Shown here: positions 28,458 through 37,874 of the stretch, piece by piece
How the letters are laid out: the number at the start of each line of letters is the position of its first letter
How positions within the stretch are numbered: the stretch's first letter is position 1
Origin: an uncultured delta proteobacterium
GTDB taxonomy: Bacteria; Myxococcota_A; Polyangia; Polyangiales; Polyangiaceae
Length of the DNA stretch: 64,000 bases
NCBI GenBank assembly: GCA_963696385.1
Contig: CAVOKF010000008.1
Location: 256,001 to 320,000 of the forward strand
Reading direction: 5' to 3'
Translations under genes and position numbers: made by a program
Notes under the pieces: model-generated
Database searches by the model: none
Told to the model about the DNA's origin: nothing
What the model saw: only the letters and a program-made list of their open reading frames with translations

Positions 28458-31400
28458 ATGCGGCACCGCGCCGGCCAAGGCGAAGCCAGTGAGGCCGAAA
28501 CTCTACCGATTGCCCAGCTCGACGAGGTCGAGGTCGAAGAGGACGTCGTCGTCGATGCGACGTCGATGGACCGCCTCTTGGCGGTGACCGACGACGGATG
28601 GGACATCGACGACCAAGTCGTCACACTGCAGCGAGCCGCGGCCACCACGCACGCCGCCGTGGATGCGTCGAACGTCTCCGCGCGCGACTCGTCGCGGGTG
28701 GCTCGACCCTCGAAGGGCCCTCCTCCCCTGCCCCGCAAGGGGCCGCCTCCTTTGCCGGCCGCGGGCGGGCGAACCCCCGAGCCGGCTCCGCTTCGCACGC
28801 TCGCCGACATCCTTACGCCGAGCGGCCTGGTGGACATTCTTCAGGCCCGCGCGACGCACTTGGAACCGTCGGGCGACAAGGTCGGGCGAGCCCGGGTCTA
28901 CGTCGAGCTCGCGATCGCCAGCGAGATTCTGCTGGCCGACGACAAGCGTGCCGCGACGTGGGCCGAGGCCGCCCTGCAGGTGGATCCGGGCGCCGTGGCG
29001 GCCCACAGCATCCTAAGGCGGGCTCATCACGGCCGCGCGGCCCTATCGGCCATGCTCGACCATCTCGACCAGGAGCTGTCGGCCGCGACCGACGAAGCGC
29101 ATCGCGTCGAGTTGCTGTCGGAGCGAGCCAGGCTGCTCGAAGCCGTGGGCGCCCGAAGCGACGAAACGCGCGCCGCGTGGGAACAGGCGCTCGCGTATTC
29201 GCCGGAGAATCCCGCCGCGCTCAAGGGCTTGGAGGCCGAGCTCGTCGCCCGCACCCTGTCGAGCGGTTCTCCCGGCGACTGGGACGCGCTCGCGGGACAC
29301 CTCGGCCGGATGGCCGACGCGTACGCCGCCGATCCCGCGCTGGCATCGTGGCTGCACGTCGAGCGTGCGCGCGTACTCGAACGCAAGCTCGATCGGATCG
29401 ATGCCGCTCGATCGGCGCTCGAGCGAGCGGTCGAAGTCGACCCCAACGCAGGGCCCGTCCGGGACGCTTTCGTTCGGCACGTGGCCGCCCAGAGCGACTG
29501 GGGAGCACTCGTGCACTTGCTCGACGACGAGGCGCGTGTCGAGCCCAACGACGCGCGGGCGGCACGGCTCGAGCTCGATGCCGCGATGATCGCGACGTGG
29601 CGACTGGGCGAGGGACCGAGAGCCCGGGTGCTGCTCGAGCGCGCGGCCGCACGCGGACCGACCTCGTCGAGCGTGGACCGACGCGTCCTGGACGAGCTCA
29701 TTCGACTCGCCGAGGCGGAGGCCCGCTGGGCGGATGCCGCCCGAGCGCGCAGGGCGCGTTTGCGTTTCGTCGCCGAGCCGAGCGCGCTCGCCTACGAGCT
29801 CGGAGCGCTCGCCGCCATCGCGGAGCGAGAGGGCGAGATCGAGACGGCGATCGCGGACGTGCAGCGGGCTCTTGCCGTGGACAGCGCGGATCCGGCCTTG
29901 GTCGACTGGCTCGATCGCCTCCTTCGCACGGCCAACAAGCCCGAGCAGCGGGTGGCGATGTGGCTTCACGAGGCGGCCCGAACCCCCGACCGCGCGCGCC
30001 AGGCACGTGCGCTCGCACGCGCCGGACGAGTGTGCGAAGAGCTCGAACGGCCCGCCGATGCACTTCGGCACTTGCGGGCCGCCTGGGTCGCGTACCCCGG
30101 AGATCCCGACGCTCTCGACGGGCTCACGCGGGTGCTGGCACCGCCGCCCCCGGCGGCGACCGATGGCGGCGCGCGATCGCTCGTCGAAGTGTACGCGCAA
30201 GCGGCCGAAGACGCGCGCGAACCGGGTCGAAAGGTCGCCTTCCTCGAACGCGTCGCGATCATCTGGGAAGAGCTCCTCGGCGATCCATCGCGCGCATCGC
30301 GCGTCTACGAGCAGATCCTCGCGATCGACCGAGATCGACAGAGTGCCATGGTCGGACTGCAGCGCACGGCGTTACGCACCGGCGACGACCGAAATCTCGC
30401 GCGAGCGCTTCTCGACGAAGCTCGTGTCGTCGTGGACCGAGGCGCTCAGCTCGCATTGCGGGTCCGCGCCGCCGACGTGCTGTCCAGGCACGACGCGGCC
30501 CGAGCGATCCAGCTGGTGCGCGAAGTGATCGACGAGAACCCGCGGCTCGTTTCCGCCCGCGAGCTCGAGACGCGTCTCTACGAAGAGGCAGCCCGCTGGG
30601 AGCTCGTGGCGAAGTCGCTGCGCGCGCGAATCGACCTCGCCGCGACCCCCCGCGACAAAGTCGCGATCTGGCTGTCGTTGGCCCAGGTCCAGAGCCTGAG
30701 ACTTCGCGCCCCGGCCGATGCACTTCTGTCGATCGAGCGAGCCCGCGCGATCGACCCGAGCCATCCGGTGCCGGCGGAAGAAGCGACCCGCGTTCTGGAG
30801 GCCCACGGAGATGCGCGCGGCCTGCGCGACATGCTGGAGCGTCTCGCCTCGAGCGCCGTGACCCCGGAGGAGCGTGCCCGACGACTGGCGCACGCGGCCG
30901 AGATCGATGAACTGCGTCTGGGCGACGACGCAAGCGCCGTACGGACCTACCAGCGGGCTCTCGCCGAGACACCCGACGACGATTGGCTGGCCGACCGTCT
31001 GGCGCGCCTCATGACGCGCCGCGCAAGAAGGCGCGGCGGCGGCGAGCTCGCAGAGCTCGCGTCGTTGCTGGGAAAGCGCATCGAGCGCGCTCCCTCGGTC
31101 GACGCCAAGCGCGTGCTCACGTTCGAGTTGGCGTCGCTTCTCGTCGAAAGCGGACAGGAGCCGATGCGCGCGACGTCGCTGCTCGAGTCGCTGCTGGCCG
31201 ATCGCAGCGACCACGTCCCGGCCCTTCGGACGCTCGAATGGCTCCGACGCCGGGCCACGGTCGACGTGGCTTCGCTCGCGCGCGTGCTCGGGCGGCAGGC
31301 GGCCGCGTTCACCGCGACGAGCGCACGGCTCGGCGCGCTCTGGAATCTGGCGGCGCTCGAGGAATGGGTGCTGCCATCCGGCGATCCAGCCGTGACCTAC

Positions 31401-33956
31401 CGCGCCATCCTCGATCTCGATCCCACCGACCCCGCGGCACTCGGCGCGACCTTGCGCCAGGACCTCGCGCAAGCCCGACGCGGCGAGCCCGGGGCCAAGA
31501 AAAACGCGATCGCCGCCCTGCGCGCTCTCGTTCCGTTCAGCACGAACGCCGACACCCGCGTCGCGCGCGAGCTTCGCCTCGCGCTCATGCTCGAATCGGC
31601 CGCGGCGGACGCTCCCGAGCCGGAGGAGGCGCGCGAGCTCTTGGGCGAAGCACTCCACTGGTACCGCGACACGCTCGGCGCCGACGTGCGATCGCTCACG
31701 GCGGCGACGGGCGCGGCCCGGCTCGGCTCCTCGCTGGGCGATCCCGAGGCGGCGCTCGCCGCGTCGATCGCCCTTGCCGATCTCGCCGACGAGCCGCGGC
31801 TGAGGGCCCGCTGCCTTCTGGACGCGGCCGAACTCCTGCTCGGTGCGGCCGACGACCCTCGCCTGGGTTTGCGCGCGGACCGCCGGCAGCGCGCGGTCGC
31901 GTTGCTCGAGCGGGCGCTCGACGCCGATCCGGACTCGATCCCGGCCGCGGGGCGACTCGCGACAGTCCTCTTGGAAGACCGCCAGGGCGAACGGTTGCTG
32001 ACTCATTTCCGCACGGCGCTCAACCAATCCAAGTCGCCCGAAGCCGTCGTCATGTTCGGCTCGGAGATCGCGCGCGTGGCGCGCGACGAACTGCACGACT
32101 TGCCCGTGGCCATCGACGCGATGCGCCGCGTCCGCGCGCTGGCCCCGCAACACATCCCGTCGCTGCTCACGCTGGCGGAACTGTGCATCGCTCAACGCGT
32201 CTGGCCGGACGCCGTCGATGCTCTCGAAGCGGTCGTATCGACGAGCCGAGAGATCGCCCCGAAGCTGACGGCGCTGTTCGCACTCGCGAGCATCTACGAG
32301 AAGGTGCTCGCCCGACCCGCCGAGGTCGATCGCGTCTTGCGCGCGGCGCTCGCCATCGAACCGTCCAACGTGCGCGCCCTGCGTGCGTTGCTGCGGCGAA
32401 TGACCTCCGAGCCCCCGAAGGCGGCCGAAGACGCGACGCTTTCGCGGCGACGCGAGATCGCCGAGCTTTTGAGTCGTCTGGCCGACGCGGAGAACGACCC
32501 GGAGGTCAAGAGTGGCATTTTGATGGAAATGTCCGAGGTGCATCTGCGTATCCACGATCGGCAGGCGGCCGAGCGGGCGCTCGTCGCCGCCGTCGCGATC
32601 GCGCCGTCGAATGCGCGCGCCTTCGCGAGACTGACAGGCATGCTGCGGACGGACCCCGCCGGGCAAGCGCGCGCGCTGTCGGGCGTGATCGCGATCGGAG
32701 AGCGGATCGGCCACGCGGATGCGCGGTGGTTTGCGGCGCTGGGGCGCACCGAGATCGGCTCGCTCGACCGCCCGCGCGAGGGGATCGCTCACCTCGAACG
32801 CGCGATCGAGCTCGACCCGACCCTTTTCGAAGCGCGTTTCGAGCTCGCGAGCGCCTACGCCGCATCGAACGCGAACGACCAGGCGTCGCAGGTGCTCTTG
32901 GGGATGCTGGACCCCACGCCGCACCCCCTGCTCTCGCTCTCCGACCCCTCGATGGCCCTTCTGCTGTTGGAGCAGACGCTGACGGCGAGCGGTCGCGGCG
33001 AGGAAGCCATCGTCGTCTCGGAGCTGCGCAGCATGGCCGGGGATCTGGACGACGGACGTCGCGCGTGGCTCCGCGCGCGTCGGATCGTGGCGCCCGATGC
33101 GCAGCACGCCGCACTGGACCGCGCGACGCTCGTCACCCACGTGTTGCCGAGGGACGCTCGTCACGTCCTTCTGGAGGTTGCGGCCGCAATCGCCGGCGCG
33201 GAGTCCAAGATGCTCCGGTCCGAAATCGCCGATCTCGGGATCTCGCCGCGCGATCGGATCCCTTCGCGCAGCGGCCATCCCGTTCGAGTGATGCTCGACC
33301 GCGTCACGCGCCAGCTCGGGGTGAGCGAGGCCGAGCTCGTCATCTCGCGCAAGGTCACGAGCACTCGGGTTTTGGCGCAGGACACGCCTTGGGTGGTCGT
33401 TCCGGCATCCTTGATCGAGCGGTCGGAGACCGTGCAACTCGCCAGCCTGGCTCGCGCCGTCGCTCGCATTGCTTACGGAGTTCCGTGGCTTCGGGAGCTC
33501 AGCCCGGAGCATGTCCAAGCCCTGCTGGTGGCTGCCGCCCGGCAGGTCGTCGCGGGCTACGGCGCCCACACCGGCACGCTCACCGCCCCCTACGAGGCGA
33601 GCCTCGCGCGGGCGCTTACCCGTCGCCAACGCAAGCTTTTGGAGGAGCTCGTCCCGCATCTAGGGTCGACTCGATCGACGCTGCCGGATCCCCGCGAATT
33701 CGTCGATGCACTGGTGTCGGCCGAGTTGCGGACGGCGTTCTTGATCACCGGCGACCTGTTGGCTCTCATCGAGAACGTCGCCCTCGAGGACGACCCCTCC
33801 TTGGCGGACGTCGCCCAATCGAACGGATCCTCCAGCGCTCTCGCCACCGTGGTCAACCACGCGCGGGCGGGTGAAATCATTCGTTTTGCACTGACACCGG
33901 CAGCGACGGCTCTGCGCGTCCGCCTCGGAACTGTATGGTCAGGAACGTCGGCGTAG
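28458..33956 (+). CDS. Giant TPR-repeat protein (~1830 aa), myxobacterial type
   Basis: Single uninterrupted ORF of TPR-like helices (ALxxDP, YEQILAID), Pro-rich N-terminus, globular C-terminal domain. Confidence 0.82.
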   Translation: MRHRAGQGEASEAETLPIAQLDEVEVEEDVVVDATSMDRLLAVTDDGWDIDDQVVTLQRAAATTHAAVDASNVSARDSSRVARPSKGPPPLPRKGPPPLPAAGGRTPEPAPLRTLADILTPSGLVDILQARATHLEPSGDKVGRARVYVELAIASEILLADDKRAATWAEAALQVDPGAVAAHSILRRAHHGRAALSAMLDHLDQELSAATDEAHRVELLSERARLLEAVGARSDETRAAWEQALAYSPENPAALKGLEAELVARTLSSGSPGDWDALAGHLGRMADAYAADPALASWLHVERARVLERKLDRIDAARSALERAVEVDPNAGPVRDAFVRHVAAQSDWGALVHLLDDEARVEPNDARAARLELDAAMIATWRLGEGPRARVLLERAAARGPTSSSVDRRVLDELIRLAEAEARWADAARARRARLRFVAEPSALAYELGALAAIAEREGEIETAIADVQRALAVDSADPALVDWLDRLLRTANKPEQRVAMWLHEAARTPDRARQARALARAGRVCEELERPADALRHLRAAWVAYPGDPDALDGLTRVLAPPPPAATDGGARSLVEVYAQAAEDAREPGRKVAFLERVAIIWEELLGDPSRASRVYEQILAIDRDRQSAMVGLQRTALRTGDDRNLARALLDEARVVVDRGAQLALRVRAADVLSRHDAARAIQLVREVIDENPRLVSARELETRLYEEAARWELVAKSLRARIDLAATPRDKVAIWLSLAQVQSLRLRAPADALLSIERARAIDPSHPVPAEEATRVLEAHGDARGLRDMLERLASSAVTPEERARRLAHAAEIDELRLGDDASAVRTYQRALAETPDDDWLADRLARLMTRRARRRGGGELAELASLLGKRIERAPSVDAKRVLTFELASLLVESGQEPMRATSLLESLLADRSDHVPALRTLEWLRRRATVDVASLARVLGRQAAAFTATSARLGALWNLAALEEWVLPSGDPAVTYRAILDLDPTDPAALGATLRQDLAQARRGEPGAKKNAIAALRALVPFSTNADTRVARELRLALMLESAAADAPEPEEARELLGEALHWYRDTLGADVRSLTAATGAARLGSSLGDPEAALAASIALADLADEPRLRARCLLDAAELLLGAADDPRLGLRADRRQRAVALLERALDADPDSIPAAGRLATVLLEDRQGERLLTHFRTALNQSKSPEAVVMFGSEIARVARDELHDLPVAIDAMRRVRALAPQHIPSLLTLAELCIAQRVWPDAVDALEAVVSTSREIAPKLTALFALASIYEKVLARPAEVDRVLRAALAIEPSNVRALRALLRRMTSEPPKAAEDATLSRRREIAELLSRLADAENDPEVKSGILMEMSEVHLRIHDRQAAERALVAAVAIAPSNARAFARLTGMLRTDPAGQARALSGVIAIGERIGHADARWFAALGRTEIGSLDRPREGIAHLERAIELDPTLFEARFELASAYAASNANDQASQVLLGMLDPTPHPLLSLSDPSMALLLLEQTLTASGRGEEAIVVSELRSMAGDLDDGRRAWLRARRIVAPDAQHAALDRATLVTHVLPRDARHVLLEVAAAIAGAESKMLRSEIADLGISPRDRIPSRSGHPVRVMLDRVTRQLGVSEAELVISRKVTSTRVLAQDTPWVVVPASLIERSETVQLASLARAVARIAYGVPWLRELSPEHVQALLVAAARQVVAGYGAHTGTLTAPYEASLARALTRRQRKLLEELVPHLGSTRSTLPDPREFVDALVSAELRTAFLITGDLLALIENVALEDDPSLADVAQSNGSSSALATVVNHARAGEIIRFALTPAATALRVRLGTVWSGTSA

Positions 33957-34092
33957 TACCTCGCCGCGGCGTGGCATTTTGCTCCGTGACAATGCGGTCC
34001 TTTCGGTGTCCACTTCAAGGGTGACCTCGAATCGTCTTGGCCACTTGCGAGCACGGAATAAAGCGGCACGCCCGCTGCTCACTTGATCGCCG

Positions 34093-34530
34093 ATGTCTGG
34101 AGGAGCGCACCGACCCCCGTCCGGAACGAGGAATCGTGTGGCGCGCGTCCTCGTCATCGACGACGAATTGCTCGTGCTCGACTCGATTCGGCGCATCCTG
34201 TCCGACGAGTTCGATCTCATCGGAACGACTCGTCCCGAGCAAGCGCTCGAGTGGATCGCCGCCGGTGAGTACTACGACGTGATCTTGTGCGACGTCATGA
34301 TGCCGACACTCAACGGCGTCGATCTGCGCAACCGCATCGAAGCCGTGGCGCCCGAACAGGCCGCCCGGATCGTATTCGTCACCGGAGGGCTTCTCTTCCC
34401 GCAGGTGCGCGCCATGCTGGACGGCATCGCCAACACGGTGCTCGAAAAGCCGATCGACATCGATGGCCTCCGCGAGCTGATTCGAAGGCGCGTGCGCGGC
34501 GCTTGGCAAGCGCCCGGCCACGCGATATGA
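34093..34530 (+). CDS. Single-domain response regulator (start may be GTG 34138)
   Basis: VLVIDDE, DVILCDVMMP, FVTG, EKP. Confidence 0.9.
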   Translation: MSGGAHRPPSGTRNRVARVLVIDDELLVLDSIRRILSDEFDLIGTTRPEQALEWIAAGEYYDVILCDVMMPTLNGVDLRNRIEAVAPEQAARIVFVTGGLLFPQVRAMLDGIANTVLEKPIDIDGLRELIRRRVRGAWQAPGHAI

Positions 34531-34537
34531 GCGCTGG

Positions 34538-34762
34538 ATGCGAGGCTTTCTGCGACCTGCAATCCAATCCCAAGCCAGCGCGCCGCAAAGCGCCTTCGGG
34601 GCACTTTCGCGCCATCGTCGTTCGAAGCTCGCCACCGCGGCTCAAACCACCCTGGTCAAGGCCGATCAGTGGGCCCGCGGCGACCAGGTGGCCCCCGAAG
34701 TCGCCGCCGCGTTGGAATCCGGGCTGAAAGCGCTCCAATCGAAGGGTGCCAAAAAAGGGTGA
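34538..34762 (+). CDS. Small basic hypothetical protein
   Basis: 74-aa ORF 7 nt after the regulator; helical Ala/Lys-rich C-terminus; start uncertain. Confidence 0.4.
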   Translation: MRGFLRPAIQSQASAPQSAFGALSRHRRSKLATAAQTTLVKADQWARGDQVAPEVAAALESGLKALQSKGAKKG

Positions 34763-34914
34763 GGCCCCACCCGGCTTCGCCGGACACACGGTGGACGTTG
34801 TACGGTGCGTTCCAGGCAGAGCCGTATTCCTACAAAATAGCACACGACGAAGTGCAAAAGGGGACGTTGGAGTTCGTCCCCCATAGTGGCTCTCAATCGG
34901 CTGCCCACTCCTTT

Positions 34915-35031
34915 TGGGGGGTTTTCGGGGGGAGCGGCAGCGCGCCCCCCCGGGTGCAAGTGGGCCACGCAGTGGCGAGAGCGGAGCCGAGCGAGCGCCA
35001 GCGAGTCGAGGCGGAGCGAAGCGCTCAGGGT
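34915..35031 (+). repeat. Third, divergent copy of the ~125-bp REP-like repeat, downstream of serC
   Basis: GGCGAGAGCGGAGCCGAGCGAGCG..GCGAGTCGAGGCGGAGCGAA.CGCTCAGGGT at 34974-35031 plus a variant hairpin at 34925-34953. Confidence 0.8.
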
Positions 35032-35056
35032 CCCGCGGGGTTCTGACAAAAAGTCC

Positions 35057-36157
35057 TCACCCGTTTCGCCTCGCGAACTCCCCCATGAACGACACGAGCG
35101 CACGGACCCACTCGGGATCCACCGCGTTGTAGAGGGAGGCGCGGATGCCACCGACCGAGCGATGTCCGCGCAGGCCGATGAAGTCGTTTTTCTTGGCCAG
35201 GTCGAGGAACTTCCGATCGAGATCCTCGCTCGGGAGCCGAAAGACGACGTTCATGCGCGACCGGCTCCCGATCTCGACGGGGCACCGGAAGAAGCCCGCG
35301 TGGGCGTCCACCATCGCATAGAGATCGGCGGCTTTTGCGCGGTTGCGCTCCTCGATGCCGGCAAGCCCGCCTTGATCGCGCAGCCATTCGAGCACGTTTC
35401 GCACGAGGTAGATCCCGAAGGTCGAAGGAGTGTTCAGTAGCGATCGCGCCTCGGCGTGCGCGCGGTATTGAAGGATCTTGGGCAAGTCCTTGCGGCCCCG
35501 ATCGAGGAAGTCGCGCCGAGCCACGATCAGGGTGACGCCGCTCGGGCCTATGTTCTTCTGTGCCCCCGCATAGATGAGCGCGTACTGCGACACGTCGAGC
35601 TTGCGCGACAGGATGTCGCTCGACATGTCGCAGACCTGCGGGGCGCGCCCGAAACGCTGCAGGTCGAGGTATTGCACCCCGTCAATCGTTTCGTTGCTCG
35701 TGAAATGAACGTAGGCTGCCGCTTCGTCGAGCGAGGCTTGGGCGGGCAGCAACGCACGAATGTACCCCTCGGGCTTCGCCGTCGCCGCGCAGCGCACCTT
35801 CGATCCCGCCACGGTCGCCCACGCGGCGCCCTCTGCGTGCGCCTTTTCGCCCCACGTGCCGGTAACGACGTAGTCGGCCGAAGCGCCGGGCGGCAGGAAA
35901 TTCATGGGAACCAGAGCAAACTGCATCGACGCCCCACCTTGCAAGAACACGACGTCGTAGTCGCTCGGGACCGCCAGCAAATCCCGCACGAGAGCGAGGG
36001 CCTGATCATGAACGATCTCGTATTCCTTGCCCCGATGCGAGTGCTCGATGACGGACATGCCGGTGCCGGCGAAGTCGAGAAATTCGGCTCGCGCGCGTTC
36101 GAGAGCGGCGAGCGGCAGCGTTGCGGGACCGGCGTTGAAGTTCATCGGACGGCGCAT
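35057..36157 (-). CDS. serC: Phosphoserine aminotransferase
   Basis: NFNAGP, SHRG, LQGGAS, DMSS, GAQKNIGPSG, GHRSVGGIRASLYN. Confidence 0.96.
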   Translation of the reverse strand: MRRPMNFNAGPATLPLAALERARAEFLDFAGTGMSVIEHSHRGKEYEIVHDQALALVRDLLAVPSDYDVVFLQGGASMQFALVPMNFLPPGASADYVVTGTWGEKAHAEGAAWATVAGSKVRCAATAKPEGYIRALLPAQASLDEAAAYVHFTSNETIDGVQYLDLQRFGRAPQVCDMSSDILSRKLDVSQYALIYAGAQKNIGPSGVTLIVARRDFLDRGRKDLPKILQYRAHAEARSLLNTPSTFGIYLVRNVLEWLRDQGGLAGIEERNRAKAADLYAMVDAHAGFFRCPVEIGSRSRMNVVFRLPSEDLDRKFLDLAKKNDFIGLRGHRSVGGIRASLYNAVDPEWVRALVSFMGEFARRNG

Positions 36158-36262
36158 GGGCAACCAGTGTAGCGAAGAGGTACGGGCCCGCCGTCGTCCC
36201 GACGCGACCGGCCCCGACGCGACGTGCGGGCGACGCCATGGTAGCGTGCGACGAGGTTTCCC

Positions 36263-37207
36263 TTGCGAGCGCTCTTCTTCGGGTCGCCCGCGTTTGCGGT
36301 CCCGTCGCTCGACGCTCTTGCCGGGATCGCCGAGGTCGCGGGCGTCGTCTGCCAACCGGACAAGCCGGCCGGACGCGGCCTGTCCTTGCACGCTCCACCG
36401 ACCAAAATTCGCGCGGCGGAGCTCGGCCTTCCGGTCGTACAGCCGGCCAAGCTGAGGACCGGCGAGTTTGCCGCATGGCTGCGACAACACCCGGTCGACG
36501 TGGCGCTCGTCGTGGCCTACGGGCGAATTCTTCCCCCCGACGTCCTACTTTGCCCACGCCTCGGTTGCGTCAACGTCCACGCGTCGATCCTGCCCAAGTA
36601 TCGCGGTGCCGCGCCGATCCCGTGGGCCATCGTCCACGGCGAGACCGAGAGCGGAGTGACGCTCATGAAGCTCGACGAAGGGATGGACACGGGACCGACG
36701 TTCGCGACCCTCTGTACCCCGATCGGGCCGGAGGAAACGGCCGGGCAGCTCGCCGAGCGACTCGCGACCCTCGGAGCGCAAGCCGTGCGCGAATGGCTTC
36801 CGCGGTTCGTGACAGGGACCTGTTCGCTCGTACCCCAAGACGCCACCCAAGCGACCCTCGCGCCGATTCTGCAAAAGGAGCACGGGCGCATCGCATGGAC
36901 CGACAGCGCCCGCGCCGTTCACGACCACGTTCGGGGCATGAATCCCTGGCCCGGCGCGTTTACCCCTTTGCGCGATCGCACCCTCAAGATTCATGCAACG
37001 CACGTCGTCGACGGCGCGGTGACCGCAGCACCAGCCGGTCGGGTCATCCTCGCGGACAAGTCCCGCGTGCTGGTCGCCTGCGGGTCCGGCACCGTACTGG
37101 AGCTCGTGACCGTACAGCCCGAGGGCCGCCGCATCATGCGCGCGTCGGAATGGTCGCTGGGACGCGCGGTCCACGAGGGCGACTGGCTCGGCGGAGCGCA
37201 CGCCTGA
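36263..37207 (+). CDS. fmt: Methionyl-tRNA formyltransferase
   Basis: FFGSPAFA, QPDKPAGRG, NVHASILPKYRGAAPI, GMDTG, PWPGA. Confidence 0.95.
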   Translation: MRALFFGSPAFAVPSLDALAGIAEVAGVVCQPDKPAGRGLSLHAPPTKIRAAELGLPVVQPAKLRTGEFAAWLRQHPVDVALVVAYGRILPPDVLLCPRLGCVNVHASILPKYRGAAPIPWAIVHGETESGVTLMKLDEGMDTGPTFATLCTPIGPEETAGQLAERLATLGAQAVREWLPRFVTGTCSLVPQDATQATLAPILQKEHGRIAWTDSARAVHDHVRGMNPWPGAFTPLRDRTLKIHATHVVDGAVTAAPAGRVILADKSRVLVACGSGTVLELVTVQPEGRRIMRASEWSLGRAVHEGDWLGGAHA

Positions 37208-37271
37208 CCGGCAGCGCGGCCGGTTCGCGGCAGAATCGTCGGCCGGAGTCGCGGCCCCCAGGGCACTCCCG

Positions 37272-37751
37272 CTAACCGAACGCGCCGAAGCACCGGTCGC
37301 CCTTGTCGGTGATGAACGTGCACCACACGAAAATCGAGCCGACCGCCGTGAGCACCAGAGCCTGGACGATGATGACCGCGCGGGCGAACGCGAACAGCCG
37401 CCGAAGCTGAGCCAACGCGTCGACGAGATGGTCGATGTCGTGCCCGCGCGTCCGCAGAATCGCCGAAAGCGATCGGCCGGCCGACATGGTCCACCAAGCC
37501 GTCGGCGTGTAGACGGACGCCACGCCGACGAGCCCCGCCGCGACCCACGGGAAGCCCGTGGACAGGGCCACGACGGCGAACGCCGCGAGTAACCCGCCGA
37601 ACAGCATCAGACAGACGCCCACGAAGCTCATCGAAGCCGCAAGCGATCGAATCGATTCCTTCGTCTCATCCAAGAGCTCGAACGTCCGGCGCTGCGGAGC
37701 GACAGCGGACGAGGACTCGTTCGGAGGGCCTTGCCGAGTCGCGTCGCTCAT
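37272..37751 (-). CDS. Hypothetical membrane protein (about 3 TM helices)
   Basis: Three hydrophobic stretches; start taken at MSDATRQ. Confidence 0.6.
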   Translation of the reverse strand: MSDATRQGPPNESSSAVAPQRRTFELLDETKESIRSLAASMSFVGVCLMLFGGLLAAFAVVALSTGFPWVAAGLVGVASVYTPTAWWTMSAGRSLSAILRTRGHDIDHLVDALAQLRRLFAFARAVIIVQALVLTAVGSIFVWCTFITDKGDRCFGAFG

Positions 37752-37874
37752 CGGCCCACAACGTATCGCGCGCCGTGGCGAATCGTGAGCGGTTCCGCAA
37801 AGAGTCGAGCGGTTCGGTGTGCTCAGTCCGGGTACCATTCACTGGGGCGCTGTACTAAAAGGCGCGGCGTCGTA

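Noticed and set aside
34820..35056. IS terminal repeats in AT-rich patches near serC
   Set aside because: Only weak similarity, no matching inverted partner or transposase remnant.
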